Notes: generated from the letters alone by a model not told the origin. Shown: positions 1 through 14,369, counted from the whole stretch's first letter. The stretch: DNA of 62,239 nucleotides, filler included, from Aduncisulcus paluster (GCA_024181965.1; 7 parts of 7 records of this genome joined end to end with filler, not necessarily neighbours in it), one strand, 5' to 3'. Program-made: numbers and translations.

Positions 1-3000
1 TACCCATTCCAGCATTCAACAGCCCAACGATTAGGGTACACTTCACGACATACTTGATGATTGGCAGAAGACACGGATGCAGAACAATTGCATGTTTGGT
101 CAGAATATGTTATAGATGATAGGGTTGGGAATTCGGTTTGCAATTGACTCACAATTCCTTCAATATCACAGATATTATTATCACTGATGTCAAGAGTTGT
201 GAGGAAATTATTTGGGAAGATAGATGATGTGATGAGAACAGATACATCAGAGATGGAGTTGTTTGAGAGATCTAGGGATGTCAGTTTGAATTGGTCTGTG
301 GTTGAGTCTCCAGAAGCAATGGGAGTCAAGTCAAGCACATCACTGATAGCACTCAATCCACAGCCACTCGCAGATAATATCCTCAGACCAGAATCAATGG
401 TTCCAGACGTCACCGCCTTTGCCAAGATCTGAACAACCAACTTATCATACTCAGCATTGGAATTAATATCTCCACGCAAGTCATACCCATCAAGGGTCAG
501 AGAGGTCAGTGAAGTGGCATATTCAAGACCTTGGAGAGTCGTGATGGAATTCAGAGAACTTAAGGAAGCTGCAAAAGCTATGTCTGGAAGTGACAATGAC
601 TCATTACTATTAGTATCCAATGGACATGACAAAACACTCCTCATGGTGGCAACACTGATTATTCCAGAGTCTAGATCATTAGTTCCTCCAGGTAAACAAT
701 TGGCAACCAAGTACTGACGAATATACTCATCATGAACAGTGTAACACTCACCACTGCTCCCTTCCTTCGCAATGAATGCACATTGTTTCTCATTCACACC
801 ATCCACACTGTTGAACACCTCATTCAGAACTATTGAAGGGCATTGCGTTGGATATGTTTCTGAGTCACATACATAATCATCATCATTGTTCAAAGAACAA
901 CTATTGGGGATAAAATCATTGTCCTTATTGTCTGAGGAATGAATTGGAAAGACAGTCGTTATAAATGTCCAATAATCGGTATCATCTTCTGATCTACAGA
1001 GAGGGGTGTATGCAGAATGAGATGCTCTCGCAATATACATCTGATACAATCCAACATTCCTAAATGAGACAGATATATCATAGATTTGTTCATTCCCATA
1101 AATAGCCAATCTATACAATCTATTCAATGTAAACAAGGAATTGAAATTATAAATATTGGCATTATAGGTAGTTGAAGTCTTATGAAAATATACGACTGAT
1201 AGTTGTTGAAGGAAAGAAATAGGATAAACTGATGTTACATCTGTATTGTATCCACCGAAATAATAAATGTTTATCAAATACTGAGCACCTTCAATGGACG
1301 TAATATGGGAACCATATGAATAAAAATACCCATTTATACCAGCCATTTCAAACTCAGACACATCACATAGTGTATCGACTGTAATATCATATCCAGCGGC
1401 ATCACACACTTTACCTCTGAACAACTCATCTGGAATATATACTTGATACAATTCATCACAATCATCACCATACCAGGCAGATCGACACCCACATGTGATG
1501 GATGAAGCACTAACTTCAAGAACTGCCATCATATTGGAATGTCTTTCACATACTTGGACACGAATGGAATCATCAACACCTGAAGCAGCTGTTATGCATG
1601 TATATGGTGGGGTTCCACTGGAAGTATCAAGCTCAGACCCACTCGCACTTACCTCAAGACACTCTCCACTGGCTTTGTCAAGATAGTACCCATTCCAGCA
1701 TTCAACAGCCCAACGATTAGGGTACACTTCACGACACACTTGATGATTGGCAGAAGACACAGATGCAGAACAATGGCATGTTTGGTCAGAATATGTTATA
1801 GATGAGAGGCTTGGGAATTTAGATTGCAATTCATTCACCATACCTTCAATATCACAGATGGAGTTACCGCTAATGTCAAGAGATGTGAGAATGGCATTTG
1901 TATCATTTGGGAACATGGAAGATGTGATGAGCACAGAAACATCTGATATATTATTGTTGGATATATCAAGAGTTGTTAGTTTGAAAGGAGTGGTGTGTGG
2001 ATCGTTATATACAATCGGAGTCAAGTCAAGAATATCACTGACATCACTCAATCCACATCCACTAGCAGATAATGATCTGAGACCAGAATCAATGTTACCA
2101 TACCCTCCAGTAAATGTAATACCTTTTGCTAAGATCTGAACGACCAACTTATCATACTCAGCGTTTTCATTCACATCTCCACTCAAATCATACCCATCAA
2201 TGTTTAAAGTTGTCAATCCAATGGGATTATTTGAGGAATCAGTACCTTGAGCATACTCAAGACCTTGGAGAGTTGTAATGTCATTCACAGAAAGGGAACT
2301 CACATATGGTATCGTAAAAGTTCTTGCAATCGCGGACAGATTGAGTGAGGAACATCTCAAAGAACTCCTCAAAGTAGCAACACTGATCACACCATTGGTT
2401 TCAATGTCAGAACTACTCAGACATCCGTTTGAAGGTTCGGATAAGAAAGCACGGATATTGTCATCATGAACAGTGTAACACTCGCCATTGATTCCTTCCT
2501 TCGCAATGAATGCACACTGTTTCTTGTTCACCCCATCAACACTGTTGTACACTTCATTCAGAACAATCGAGGGACAAAGAGGATTCGATGAATCGCAGTA
2601 ATAATCCCCAACGTTAAGGGAACAACTATTTGGAAGAATATAAACACTCAAATTCGTTTCATCTGTTGTATGATTGGGGAATAATGAGGAAAGATATGAT
2701 GTATAAATAGCGTCAGATTCCTTTCGACAAAAAGGAATTCTTGATATGGTGTAATGAGTGTCCGCAATCATCAAACCAGACATTGCAAGATTTCTAAACA
2801 TAACTGAAATATCATAAAAATTTTCATTTCCATATATCCGGCAATCACGAAGTCTGGTAAAGGTTAACAATGAATTAAAATCGTAAATATTCGGAGAATA
2901 TGAGTCTATCTCAAGTGCAATAAATAAATTGTAAACTTGCCCAATGACGGAAAGGTCAATAACCCGAGATATGTCAACGTTATACGAAGAAAATTGTTCA

Positions 3001-6000
3001 ATATTGATCAAAAATTCAACACCTTCAAATGATGTAATGTGTGAATCTTCTGCATAAAATGTTTCACTAATCCCAGCCATCTCAAACTCTGTGACATCAC
3101 ACAAAGGATCTGCTATAATATCATATCCAGCAGCATCACAGATCTTACCTCTGAACAATTCATCGGGGATATATACTTGGTACAATTGGTCACAATCATC
3201 ACCATACCAGGCAGATCGACACCCGCATGTAATGGAAGTAGCACCAACTTCAAGAACAGGTTTCATATTGGAATGTCTTTCACATACTTGGATACGAATG
3301 GCATCGTCAATGGAAGAACTGGAAGAAACACATGTTTCAGTGGTTGTATCATACTCATAGCCACTATCACATGCAGCAACACACTCTCCACTGGCTTTGT
3401 CAAGATAGTACCCATTCCAGCATTCAACAGCCCAACGATTAGGGTACACTTCACGACATACTTGATGATTGGCAGAAGACACGGATGCAGAACAATTGCA
3501 TGTTTGGTCAGAGTAAGTGATTGAAATGGAAGCTGATGAAAAATGAGTTTCTAAAGCACTCACCATACCTTCAATGTCACAGATATTGTTATCACTGATG
3601 TCAAGAGTTGTGAGAACAGCATCAGTATCATCAGGGAACATGGAAGATGTGATGAGAACAGATACATCAGAGATGGAGTTGTTTGAGAGATCTAGGGATG
3701 TCAGTTTGAATTTATCTGTGGTTGGATCACCATTTACATCAGCAATCGAAGTCAAGTCAAGAACATCACTAACATCACGCAACCCGCATCCACTCGCAGA
3801 TAAAGATGTAAGACCAGAATCAATGGAACCAGAATCATTCAAATACGTCACTGCCTTCGCCAAGATCTGAACGACCAACTTATCATACTCAGCATTGGGA
3901 TTGACATCTCCACTCAAGTCATACCCATCAATGTTCAGAGATTTCAACGAGGTTGCATACTCAAGACCTTGTAGGGTTGTGATGGAATTAACAGAGAGTA
4001 ATGATAATGAACTTGTCAAAATAATATCTTGCAGTGACAGCGATGATTCAGAACTCACATCATCCAATGGACATGACAAAACACTTCTCATGGTGGCAAC
4101 ACTAATGATACCATTGGATTCGATATCACTCTCTTCAAGACAATTGCCAACCAAGTACTCTCGAACTGATTCGTCGTGAATAGTGTAACAATTACCGTCA
4201 TCTGCATCTTTGGCAATGAATGCACACTGTTTCTTGTTCACCCCATCAACACTGTTGTACACCTCGTTCAGAACAATCGAGGGGCATTGTGTTGGATATG
4301 TTGTTGGATCACAGAAATAGTCCCCACTCAGACCATTAAGAGGACAGCTGTTGGGGATATAATACGAATCCAAGCTGAGTTGAGTTGCATCATGAACTGG
4401 AAATATGGTGGAAATAAATGTCCAATAGTCATCATCGGACTCTGATCGACAAAGAGGAATGAATGCAGAAGCATTTAGATCTGCAATACTAAACCCAAGC
4501 ATCCCTGCATTCCTGAAGGATTCAGAAATATCATATATCCTTTCATTTCCAGAGATATAAAATATACTTAGTCGATGCAATTTATACAAGGAATTGATAT
4601 CGTAAATGTCCAATCTATAATCTGAATCTGACTTGGAGATAAATATATATGTTAATTGTCCAAGACTGGAAAGACTATTGATGGCAGTTACATCTGTATT
4701 TTTTCCAGAGATGTAATATATATTAATAAAATACTCCACTCCTTCAAAAGAAGTTATATTGGAATCATTGTGATGTAATGAGCCCGTGGAAAGAGCCAAG
4801 GTAGCCATCTCGAATTCTGTGACATCACACTGTGGGTCAGAAGTATATCCAACATCATAACAAACCTTCTCTCTGAACAATGCGTCTGGAATGTAAACTT
4901 GGTACAATTGATCACAATCATCACCATACCAGGCAGATCGACAATCGGATGCAATATTATCACCTGATGTTTTGACACACATTTGATGACTGTTCATATC
5001 ATTGGGACAGTCAGTATTGGAATCTTCAACACATATATACTCTCCTTGGTCGTAATAATACCCAGCATTACACTCGGCTGCATATCGGCCAGGATACAGT
5101 TCATTGCAGGTCATATGGTCATCGATAGTGAATGTACGAGAACATTCAGGAGAGTATACTGGAACATGAGAAGAGCATGAAACGTCACCATACCAGGTAT
5201 CACACTCACAGACATGCTCAGTAGAATTGCAACTTCCACGACCAGAACATACTTCACCATCAACAATCGGACATTCACTCGAGCAGTCCTCTCCATACCA
5301 TCCAGATGCACATGGGGAACCACACAAGACAGACGAACTACTGGAGTCATAAACAGCAACAACATCGTCTTTCCTCTCACACACTTGACAACGGATGGAT
5401 TCCTCGATTGTTGTAGCTTTCACACAAGTATTTGTGTTTTTATCCAAGAAATACCCATGCCAACACTCAACTTGGAACTCACCATCAGAGCGTTGACGAC
5501 AGGTCTTGNNNNNNNNNNNNNNNNNNNNCAGTAGAATTGCAACTTCCACGACCAGAACATACTTCACCATCAACAATCGGACATTCACTCGAGCAGTCCT
5601 CTCCATACCATCCAGATGCACATGGGGAACCACACAAGACAGACGAACTACTGGAGTCATAAACAGCAACAACATCGTCTTTCCTCTCACACACTTGACA
5701 ACGGATGGATTCCTCGATTGTTGTAGCTTTCACACAAGTATTTGTGTTTTTATCCAAGAAATACCCATGCCAACACTCAACTTGGAACTCACCATCAGAG
5801 CGTTGACGACAGGTCTTGTGTGCAGAAAAGGACACATCAGTGCCAAACTCAGAGTCAGAGCATGGACATGTGGATTGATCATGTGAAGCAATACTCGAGA
5901 GGTTTGTGAAATACGATTGTAACATTGATACAACATTATCAATGTCACAGATGGAGTTGCCACTGATGTTCAGAGATGTTAATTTATCGACAGGAAACAT

Positions 6001-9000
6001 GGATGATGTGATAAGAACTGACACGTCAGAGATGGAGTTGTTTGAAAGATCCAAAGATGTCAGCTTGAAGGGTTTTGTGGCATCATCTCCTTCCACAATC
6101 GGAGTCAAGTCAAGAACATCACTGACATCACTCAATCCGCATCCACTTGCAGATAAAGATGTAAGACCAGAATCGATGACACCATAATCATTCGAATACG
6201 TCACTGCCTTCGCCAAGATCTGAACGACCAACTTATCATACTCAGCATTGGGATTGACATCTCCACTCAAGTCATACCCATCAAGGGCCAGAGATGTCAG
6301 TGAAGTGGCATACTCAAGACCTTGAAGAGTTGTGATATCATTCACTGATGTCAAAGAGGTCGCAGAAACAATGGCTGGCAATGATAACGAGGAAGAAGAA
6401 CATGCCAAAACACTTCGAAGTGCGCCAACACTAATGATACCATCAACAATATTAGATGTAGAAAGACAATTATCTTTTAAGTATTGACGAACAGTTCCAT
6501 CATGAATTGTGTAACACTTTCCATCAGCTTCTGCCTTCGCAATGAATGCGCATTGTTTTGCATTAACTTCATCAACACTGTTGTACACTTCATTGCGAAT
6601 GATTGAAGGACAATTAGGTTTGTTTTCAGGATTACATGTGTATATATTACCTGACACACTGCCATCATTAAGCGAGCAACTATTTGCCATGTAGTCGTCA
6701 AGGTCATCTGAAGAATTACTATGTGTAGGGAACACTACTCGAAGGAAATTCAAATATTCAGTGTCATATTCAGATCTACACAATGGTATTAAACTGAGAC
6801 AATTTGTATTCGAAATGTTAAGTGAGGACATTCCAATATTTCTGAATGTCCATGAAATGTCATACATTTCTTCATTTCCATATATTGCAAGCGTATTGAG
6901 TCGATGAAGAGCAGATAGGGAAAATCCATCAATAATATTGATTCCATAATTTGTAAGAGTTTGATACAGCATCAATACCTCAATTTGGCCAAGAGGAGCT
7001 AGAACATTAGCGTGAGTCACATCGGTATCAGCGCCAATGAAGTAGTAAATGTTAATTAAAAACTCGGCACCTTCAAATGAGTTCACATGATTCTCATGCA
7101 AATCCAACATTCCGGTTATCTCAGCCATCTCAAACTCTGTGACATCACACAAAGGATCTGCTATAATATCATATCCAGCAGCATCACAGATCTTACCTCT
7201 GAACAATTCATCGGGGATATATACTTGGTACAATTGGTCACAATCATCACCATACCAGGCAGATCGACACCCGCATGTAATGGAAGTAGCACCAACTTCA
7301 AGAACAGGTTTCATATTGGAATGTCTTTCACATACTTGGATACGAATGGCATCGTCAATGGAAGAACTGGAAGAAACACATGTTTCAGTGGTTGTATCAT
7401 ACTCATAGCCACTATCACATGCAGCAACACACTCTCCACTGGCTTTGTCAAGATAGTACCCATTCCAGCATTCAACAGCCCAACGATTAGGGTACACTTC
7501 ACGACATACTTGATGATTGGCAGAAGACACGGATGCAGAACAATTGCATGTTTGGTCAGAGTAAGTGATTGAAATGGAAGCTGATGAAAAATGAGTTTCT
7601 AAAGCACTCACCATACCTTCAATATCACAGATATTGTTATCACTGATGTCAAGAGTTGTGAGAACAGCATCAGTATCATCAGGGAACATGGAAGATGTGA
7701 TGAGAACAGATACATCAGAGATGGAGTTGTTTGAGAGATCTAGGGTTGTAAGCTTGAACGGCTTTGTAGATGAGAACGTATCAGCAATCGGAGTCAAGTC
7801 AAGCACATCACTGACATCACTCAATCCACATCCACTTGCAAATAGTTGCGTGAGACCAGAGTTTATATTACTATCGGTCACAGCTTTTGCTAAGATCTGA
7901 ACGACCAACTTATCATACTCAGCGTTTTCATTCACATCTCCACTCAAATCATACCCATCAATGTTTAAAGTTGTCAGTCCAACGGGATTATTTGAGGAAT
8001 CAGTACCTTGAGCATACTCAAGACCTTGAAGAGTTGTAATGTCATTCACAGAAGATAGAGATCTAACACCTACGATGGCGGCTAAATATAGAACAGAACA
8101 ATTCATAGAACTCCTCAAAGTAGCAACACTGATCACGCCATTGGTTTCAATGTCAGAACTACTTAAACAGACATTATTCTCATCAGACAAAACAGCACGA
8201 ATGTTGTCATCATGAATGGTGTAACACTCACCATTGGGACCTTTTTTGGCAATGAATGCACATTCTTTGACTGGAGAATCAGCAATACTGTTATAAACTT
8301 CATTCAGAACAACTGAGGGGCAATCAGATTCTCCTTGACAATTTGAGTCATCATTCAAGTTAAGGGGACAATTATTGGGTAGATATTTAGTGTTTTTAGA
8401 CAACGGTGTGGTGTCATGATGCGGAAAAACAGATACAATAAACGACCAATATTCCTCATCAGATTCTGATCTGCATAGCGGGATAAAAATATTTCCAACT
8501 GATGCAGTGTCAGCTATATTTAGATTTGTCATGCTAATATTACGAAAGATAACGGAAATATCATACACATTTGGATTGTTTGGCAGAGAAATAGTATTCA
8601 ATCTGGTCAAATGCAAAAGTGATGGTGAAATGTCACTGATATTCATAAATACATTCTCATCGGTGGTATCTAAAAATAGATCAGTGAGTTGATTAAGTGA
8701 AGATACTGTATTTTCGATTGATATAATGCCAGAGTTATCGGTGAGAACGAGAGATTCAATGTTGATCAGCAATTCAAGACCAGAAATATTATCACCAAGC
8801 GAAGCGTTGTTGGCATCAAAAACACCATCAATAGACGCGATATCGAACTCTGATAAAGAATCATTGCCGCCAGGACAGTCCAAGGATAATGCTGAACACA
8901 TAAGGGATTCAACGTTCGTGTCTTCAAAGGTCACCGTAGATACAGACAAGATAGCAACATTTAATTCGAAAATATTGGAATTATCATCATAAAACGATAA

Positions 9001-9801
9001 AAATAAACGATCATCATGAAGCGAATTGGATTCCAAATCGATGATATCATCGTAACTCTGATATTTATGATGATCTAAATAATTATGATCCTTGGAGGAT
9101 TCTAGGGTCTGTATTTCTTCAGGAGAAAGGAGAGAAACATCATAATCTGAAGAAGAAAGAGGTGGGAAATGAAGGGAATTACATGATATAGATGGAATCA
9201 TAAAAAATAGGGCTAAAATCCCAAATAGGGGGACCAAATGTCTTTTGAGGGTATTACATGAACAAGAATGAATATGGCTCAGTATTTGTTGTCTACAACG
9301 AGTTAAAATGCCCCGAATTTGGAATTTATGGCTTCGAAAACTTAAAGAAAAATATATAAAAGCAAAAATTACAAGAATGATCACAGATAGGCTCAAATCA
9401 AAAAAGAAACTATTTCTCAGAAAATTAAAACGATATAATAAGAAAGGTAAAGAGAAATAGGGCGAATTCAATTTTGAATGATCATATAAATTAGAACTTA
9501 CAACAATATTCTCTGGAGAGATGTAGAAAGATAAATGCGGGGAATGATAATATAAATTATTCGAAAATATTGTTAATTTAGAAGAAAAGGAAATATTTTG
9601 GTCAGAAAACTCATTAAAACAAGAATAATGGCCACCTGAAGGGACGGGGGCTATAGACGATCCAAATCCAAAAAATAATGGGATGAATTCATCTGGAAAC
9701 TTATGCGAATATCTAGAAAAAACAATATAAACCATTAAACTTGTGAGAATAATGCAATAGAACAAAAACTTGACTAACCTAAAGAATAGTTGATATTCCA
9801 T
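1..9801 (-). CDS. Giant LRR + EGF-like cysteine-rich surface protein (internalin-like LRRs), ~5 tandem ~570-aa units, 3' end beyond the window
   Basis: First ATG at 9801 within the 5485..9816 ORF; hydrophobic N-terminal segments; repeated LTxLDLSNNSISDVSVL, ITTLQGLEYA, VECWNGYYLDKASGEC, CRSAWYGDDCD. After removing the duplicated flank at the 5509-5528 gap, the same repeats continue in a consistent frame (…STEHVCECDTWYGD… at 5219; …WNGY at position 1). Confidence 0.9.
5219..5818. other. 20-N gap with duplicated flanks (unmerged contig overlap); also 10337-10758, 36630-37115, 60701-61586
   Basis: 5219-5508 = 5529-5818; 10337-10537 = 10558-10758; 36630-36862 = 36883-37115; 60701-61133 ~ 61154-61586. 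Confidence 0.93.
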
Positions 9802-10818
9802 TATAATTATTTGCAATACAATGCGTAAAAATGGTATTATTAAATATTACAAATGATAAAATATTCAAAGAATTGAATAATATGCCAAAAGAGTTGATTT
9901 GGTTCTAGACACTGTAAATAATTGATTTACTGAGATCAATGATAAGATATGTTGAAAAAATCTATTAATTTTCATTTTTACGTGATTTTATCCTTGGTGT
10001 TTCTAGATCTTGCAAACTTTACAGTTTGAAACTTGAGAATGCCATTCTCCAGTGGAGTATGCTTGACTACACAAGAAAATCCACAATTTTATATTCAATG
10101 CCATGATAAAATTATATTTTTTTCTTCGAAAATGACTGGATTTTGAGCTTTGGTTGACAGTTGGTTCAATTTGAGCGCATAAACCGTAAAAAAGGAATAT
10201 TGGATTATTCTATTCAACATTTCGGAATTAAAGCTCAAAAAAGCTTCTTAATTCGAAGCCGTTCTGAATTAATGTCGTCACAGAACGAATTGGGACAGGA
10301 ATTAGCTGATGGGTACAAATGCCAACAATATTTTTTCATTGGAAACAAAAATATGATAGTTCATCAATTTTAAATCTCCCCTATATGCTGCATTTGCGTG
10401 TTTTTGATAATTCACACTCAGGAGTTGAAAAAAAATGTATATAGAGAAAAAGAAGATTGTACAGAGTATAATAATATATTATAGTACTTAAGGAAAGATT
10501 TGGGAACATCTATTACAGAATGACAAATTCATAACTTNNNNNNNNNNNNNNNNNNNNCATTGGAAACAAAAATATGATAGTTCATCAATTTTAAATCTCC
10601 CCTATATGCTGCATTTGCGTGTTTTTGATAATTCACACTCAGGAGTTGAAAAAAAATGTATATAGAGAAAAAGAAGATTGTACAGAGTATAATAATATAT
10701 TATAGTACTTAAGGAAAGATTTGGGAACATCTATTACAGAATGACAAATTCATAACTTATATTTTGTAACGAAAAAACAAAAACAGGTTTTCCTTGACAT
10801 TTAACATTATTTGAATTC

Positions 10819-13678
10819 ATGGAAGGCATTGAACTTTTAAAAGAAGAAAATTCACGTCTAAAAGAAGAAAATCTACACTTGAAAGAGGAAGTGGATGCAA
10901 ACTTGAAAATCGTCCATGAAGCTAGCCAAATAATTGATTTATTAAAGAGTTTACAATCTGAACGTGATGCTCTTTCACTTGAAAATTCAAAATTGACGAA
11001 TCAAATTGGTGAATTAGAGCTAGAACGGGATATTTCAACCCGTAAACTGGCTAAGCAGGAAGCTTCCCATGCAACCTTTCATGAATCATTATCTCTTGCA
11101 GAAGAAGAGGCATCTATTGCTAGAGAGCGTTCACAGTTGCTAGAAAAAGATGTTTCAAGTCTAAGACACACCTTAGAAGAGAGGACGGGATTATTGACTG
11201 CTGAAGTCGAATCTTGGCGACAAAAATATCAAAACAGTATTTCTCAATGTGATTCCCGGGTTCAAAAGGCTGTTGAAGATAAATTAACCTCGCAAGAACA
11301 TAAATTTGCTCTCTCGTCTCAAAGTGCCAAAGATGCCCTCCAAATCGCTGAAAATGAGGTATCTTCCCTTAAAAAGCAAATTGATGAATATAAAACAATA
11401 TTAAACGATCTCCAGAAACGTTTATCTGATTCTGAAACTTCTATTTCTGTTTCACAACAAGGACCCTCGAAACAAGAGCTTTTAAGCAAAATAACTGCCA
11501 TTGAAACCGAATTGCATGAATCTAAAGCTGAATATTCGTCCCTCCAAACAGCCTTTTCAACCCTATCCAGTTCAATCATTTCATCATACACAAGAACTTG
11601 TTTGACTGCTTCTTCCTTATTTTTCCTGCAAGACGACATATTACAAGACATTAGCAGTGATATTGAGCATCTTCCACTTGTTGAATCCGTGTTACTAATG
11701 AAGGAACGTTTGTGTGGTGTACGGATGGAAAGAAGTCTGATTCTCAAAGAAAAGTCAGAAGAAACCGAGGAAAAAGAGAAATATAAGGATCTTCTCAGTG
11801 TTCTTACTCAAAATACGATCGAAATTGAACGTGAAAAAGATATTCTCGAAAAAGAGGTGACTTTACTTCGAAGCGAGATAGAAATGTGGAAAAAACTATC
11901 AAAATCATCCAGAAGCGCTACAACCGATATTACTGGACGTACGAAGCATCGTATTTCGTCCCCTAAACCTCCTCTTACTGAAGAACAACGTCTTCAACTC
12001 CATCTTCAGAAACAACTCAAATCATCGGCTGCATCTGTCGCAGGAATCACTTCACCAGTACAGTATAGTACTTCAGGTGTACCTTATGGCTTGGTTTCTT
12101 CATCCATTTCCCCGACAGTCCCTCGATCTCCTCGACAACAGCACCCTGCATCGAATACTCACTCTATGTCTTCTAGTAGTTCAGTACATACTCAGGTGAG
12201 AGATGATCCCATTGAATTGTCATCTCCAAAGCTTCTCGTGACATCGCTGCCTTCACCTATCATTGAGTTAACCACAACATTATCTTCACCCGTCATTGCC
12301 TGTTCCTCATCCTCTTCCCCTGCTGTTTCCCATGTTGAGCATACAACACACATCGAAAAATGCACACACTCTGTCCATCATTCTCATTCTCCCATCTGCG
12401 CGCACTCCCCTGTGTCCGTACACTCCCCTGTGTCCGCGCACTCTTCTATTTTTGGACATTCTCAAGTCAGTGGAGTTGTAACCACCACTGCCACCACCAA
12501 GAACAACAACACTGCCAACATGGTTTATGGACTTCCTCCTTCATTCCCGTCATTGACAAAGCATCTGGGTCTTGCATACTCACTGATTGAGTCGTTGTTC
12601 ATCGATAATATGAACACGCATCAGCATAACCAACGATTGACGATTGAGCTCAAGCGACTCACTCGAGAGATCACTGAAGAGAGAGAAAAAAGTGAACGTC
12701 TTGAAAAGGGTTTAAATGGGTTGACTGAGCGATTTATTGAGAGTTTCCGTCAACTCATGGAGCGAGAGAAGAGGAAAGGTGGGATCAGCGGGTCTGGTAC
12801 TACCACTGTTGAATGTAGTCTCTCATCTCCTTCGGTCGCAGCTACTATATCCAAGAGTTTGCCATACAATAATAATACTTCATCATCCACATTCACAACA
12901 GGTAATACAGTAGTGTCTTCTTCTTCTGCATCAACATCTGTTTCCAGTGCCTTCTCATCTCCAACCACCTTAACCTCAATGCGTCAACATAATAGTACTT
13001 TAACTCATGCATCCGGTAGCTTCTTCTTCTTCCTCTTCCTCTTCTTCCTCTTCTTCCTCTTCCTCTTCTTCTTCTTCTTCTACGGCACATGGAAATAATA
13101 CTTCCTCGTTAATATCTTTGTATGATCACCATATCATCATATTGCAGCATTCCCTTCTAACCATCCAATCACAATGGGTCAGTGTGAGTGCTGAGTGTGA
13201 GAGAATGAGGAAGCAACTCCATGATGAAATGGTTAGAGCTGAGGCTTGGCGGAACAAATATATTTCTCTGGCTAAGTCTAAATCGAGTAGTTCAAAGCTG
13301 TTGTTAGACAGAGAATCGTCTATAAAAACGATTAAACCACCAATCCCACAACCTACCTCCTCTTCCTCTTCCTCCTCTTCCTCCTCTTCTTCTTCATCTT
13401 CTTCCGCTCCAACAATTGCACCATCTCAAAGCGATTCAACCCCATGGAACAACCCAATAGAACAATTAGACGAAGAGATCATCCAGCTTTCAAAAGATTT
13501 GCACAAGAAAGATAAAGAGATATTCCAATTAACTCAAAGACTTCGAGAAAGAGAAGGAGTGGTTGCCCATGCTCTTCAACAGCTCTCATCTCAACTCGAC
13601 AGAGGGAGAGAAATGCAGCTTAAGCAACAGGAATTGGTCAGAGTAATTCGTGAGAGAAGAAGAGAAGAGTGGAAATAA
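10819..13678 (+). CDS. Coiled-coil / Ser-rich protein, probably one gene with a frame break near 12995-13020
   Basis: ORF 10819..13098 ends in an implausible poly-Phe tail. The overlapping ORF 13007..13678 reads the same tract as poly-Ser and continues as coiled coil. Confidence 0.65.
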
Positions 13679-14051
13679 TGATATATTGTCTTAATTTTAT
13701 TTTATATTATATCTATATATCTATATATAGCTCTGTGATGAGAAAGTTCATCTCTCTAGTATTGGTATATAAAGGTATATTTTTTTTGTTTGTTTATGGT
13801 TTATTGTTTTTGATTTATATATTAATGATTACATCAATTTAATATTTTTTCGAAGTTTGTTCTGTTCTTCAAATCGGTATATAATTAAATATCCATTATT
13901 ATTGAACCCTTATGCCTGAGATCCTTTTCTTTTCTATGTTAAAACAAAGAAGTAGATCTAAGTCGATCACGTCACTGATCTTGTCATGTCTCTCATGTTG
14001 TCATGTCTTTCATGTGTGGAAGGGATAGTGATGATAAATTTATTAGCTTGT

Positions 14052-14204
14052 TTATATATGACATCTTACACAATCGGGGCACCATGACGAACCATCAGCA
14101 GCCTTTTCTCCAGTAAATAGGGCGAAAACAAGTTTATATGTCTTCTTTGCCTCTTCCATGGCCTCGACAAATTTACAAGGAGTTGGAACGTGAACTATCT
14201 TCAT
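14052..14204 (-). pseudogene. TXNDC17: N-terminal half only of a TXNDC17/TRP14 (DUF953) thioredoxin; pseudogene or split gene
   Basis: MKIVHV…LVFALFTGEKAADGSSWCPDCVR matches the family WCPDC motif. No C-terminal half was found downstream before the converging gene. Confidence 0.7.
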
Positions 14205-14369
14205 GTTAATTGGAACAAACCTGTCCTGGATCGACAATAAAAAATGACATGATTGGAAAATGATGGATGGAGACGAACGATTGTGGCCTCAAATTATCAA
14301 AAAATAGTGTTAGGGAACTACTAATTTATACAATCATATATCTGGATTTCGAATTAATTTGAAGACTTC

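Noticed and set aside
187-8992. Many repeated plus-strand ORFs (e.g. MEDVMRTDTSEMELFERS)
   Set aside because: Antisense shadows of the repetitive minus-strand LRR gene.
1-9801. Diversity-generating retroelement behind the LRR variation
   Set aside because: No RT is adjacent, and the differences between units are not confined to adenines.
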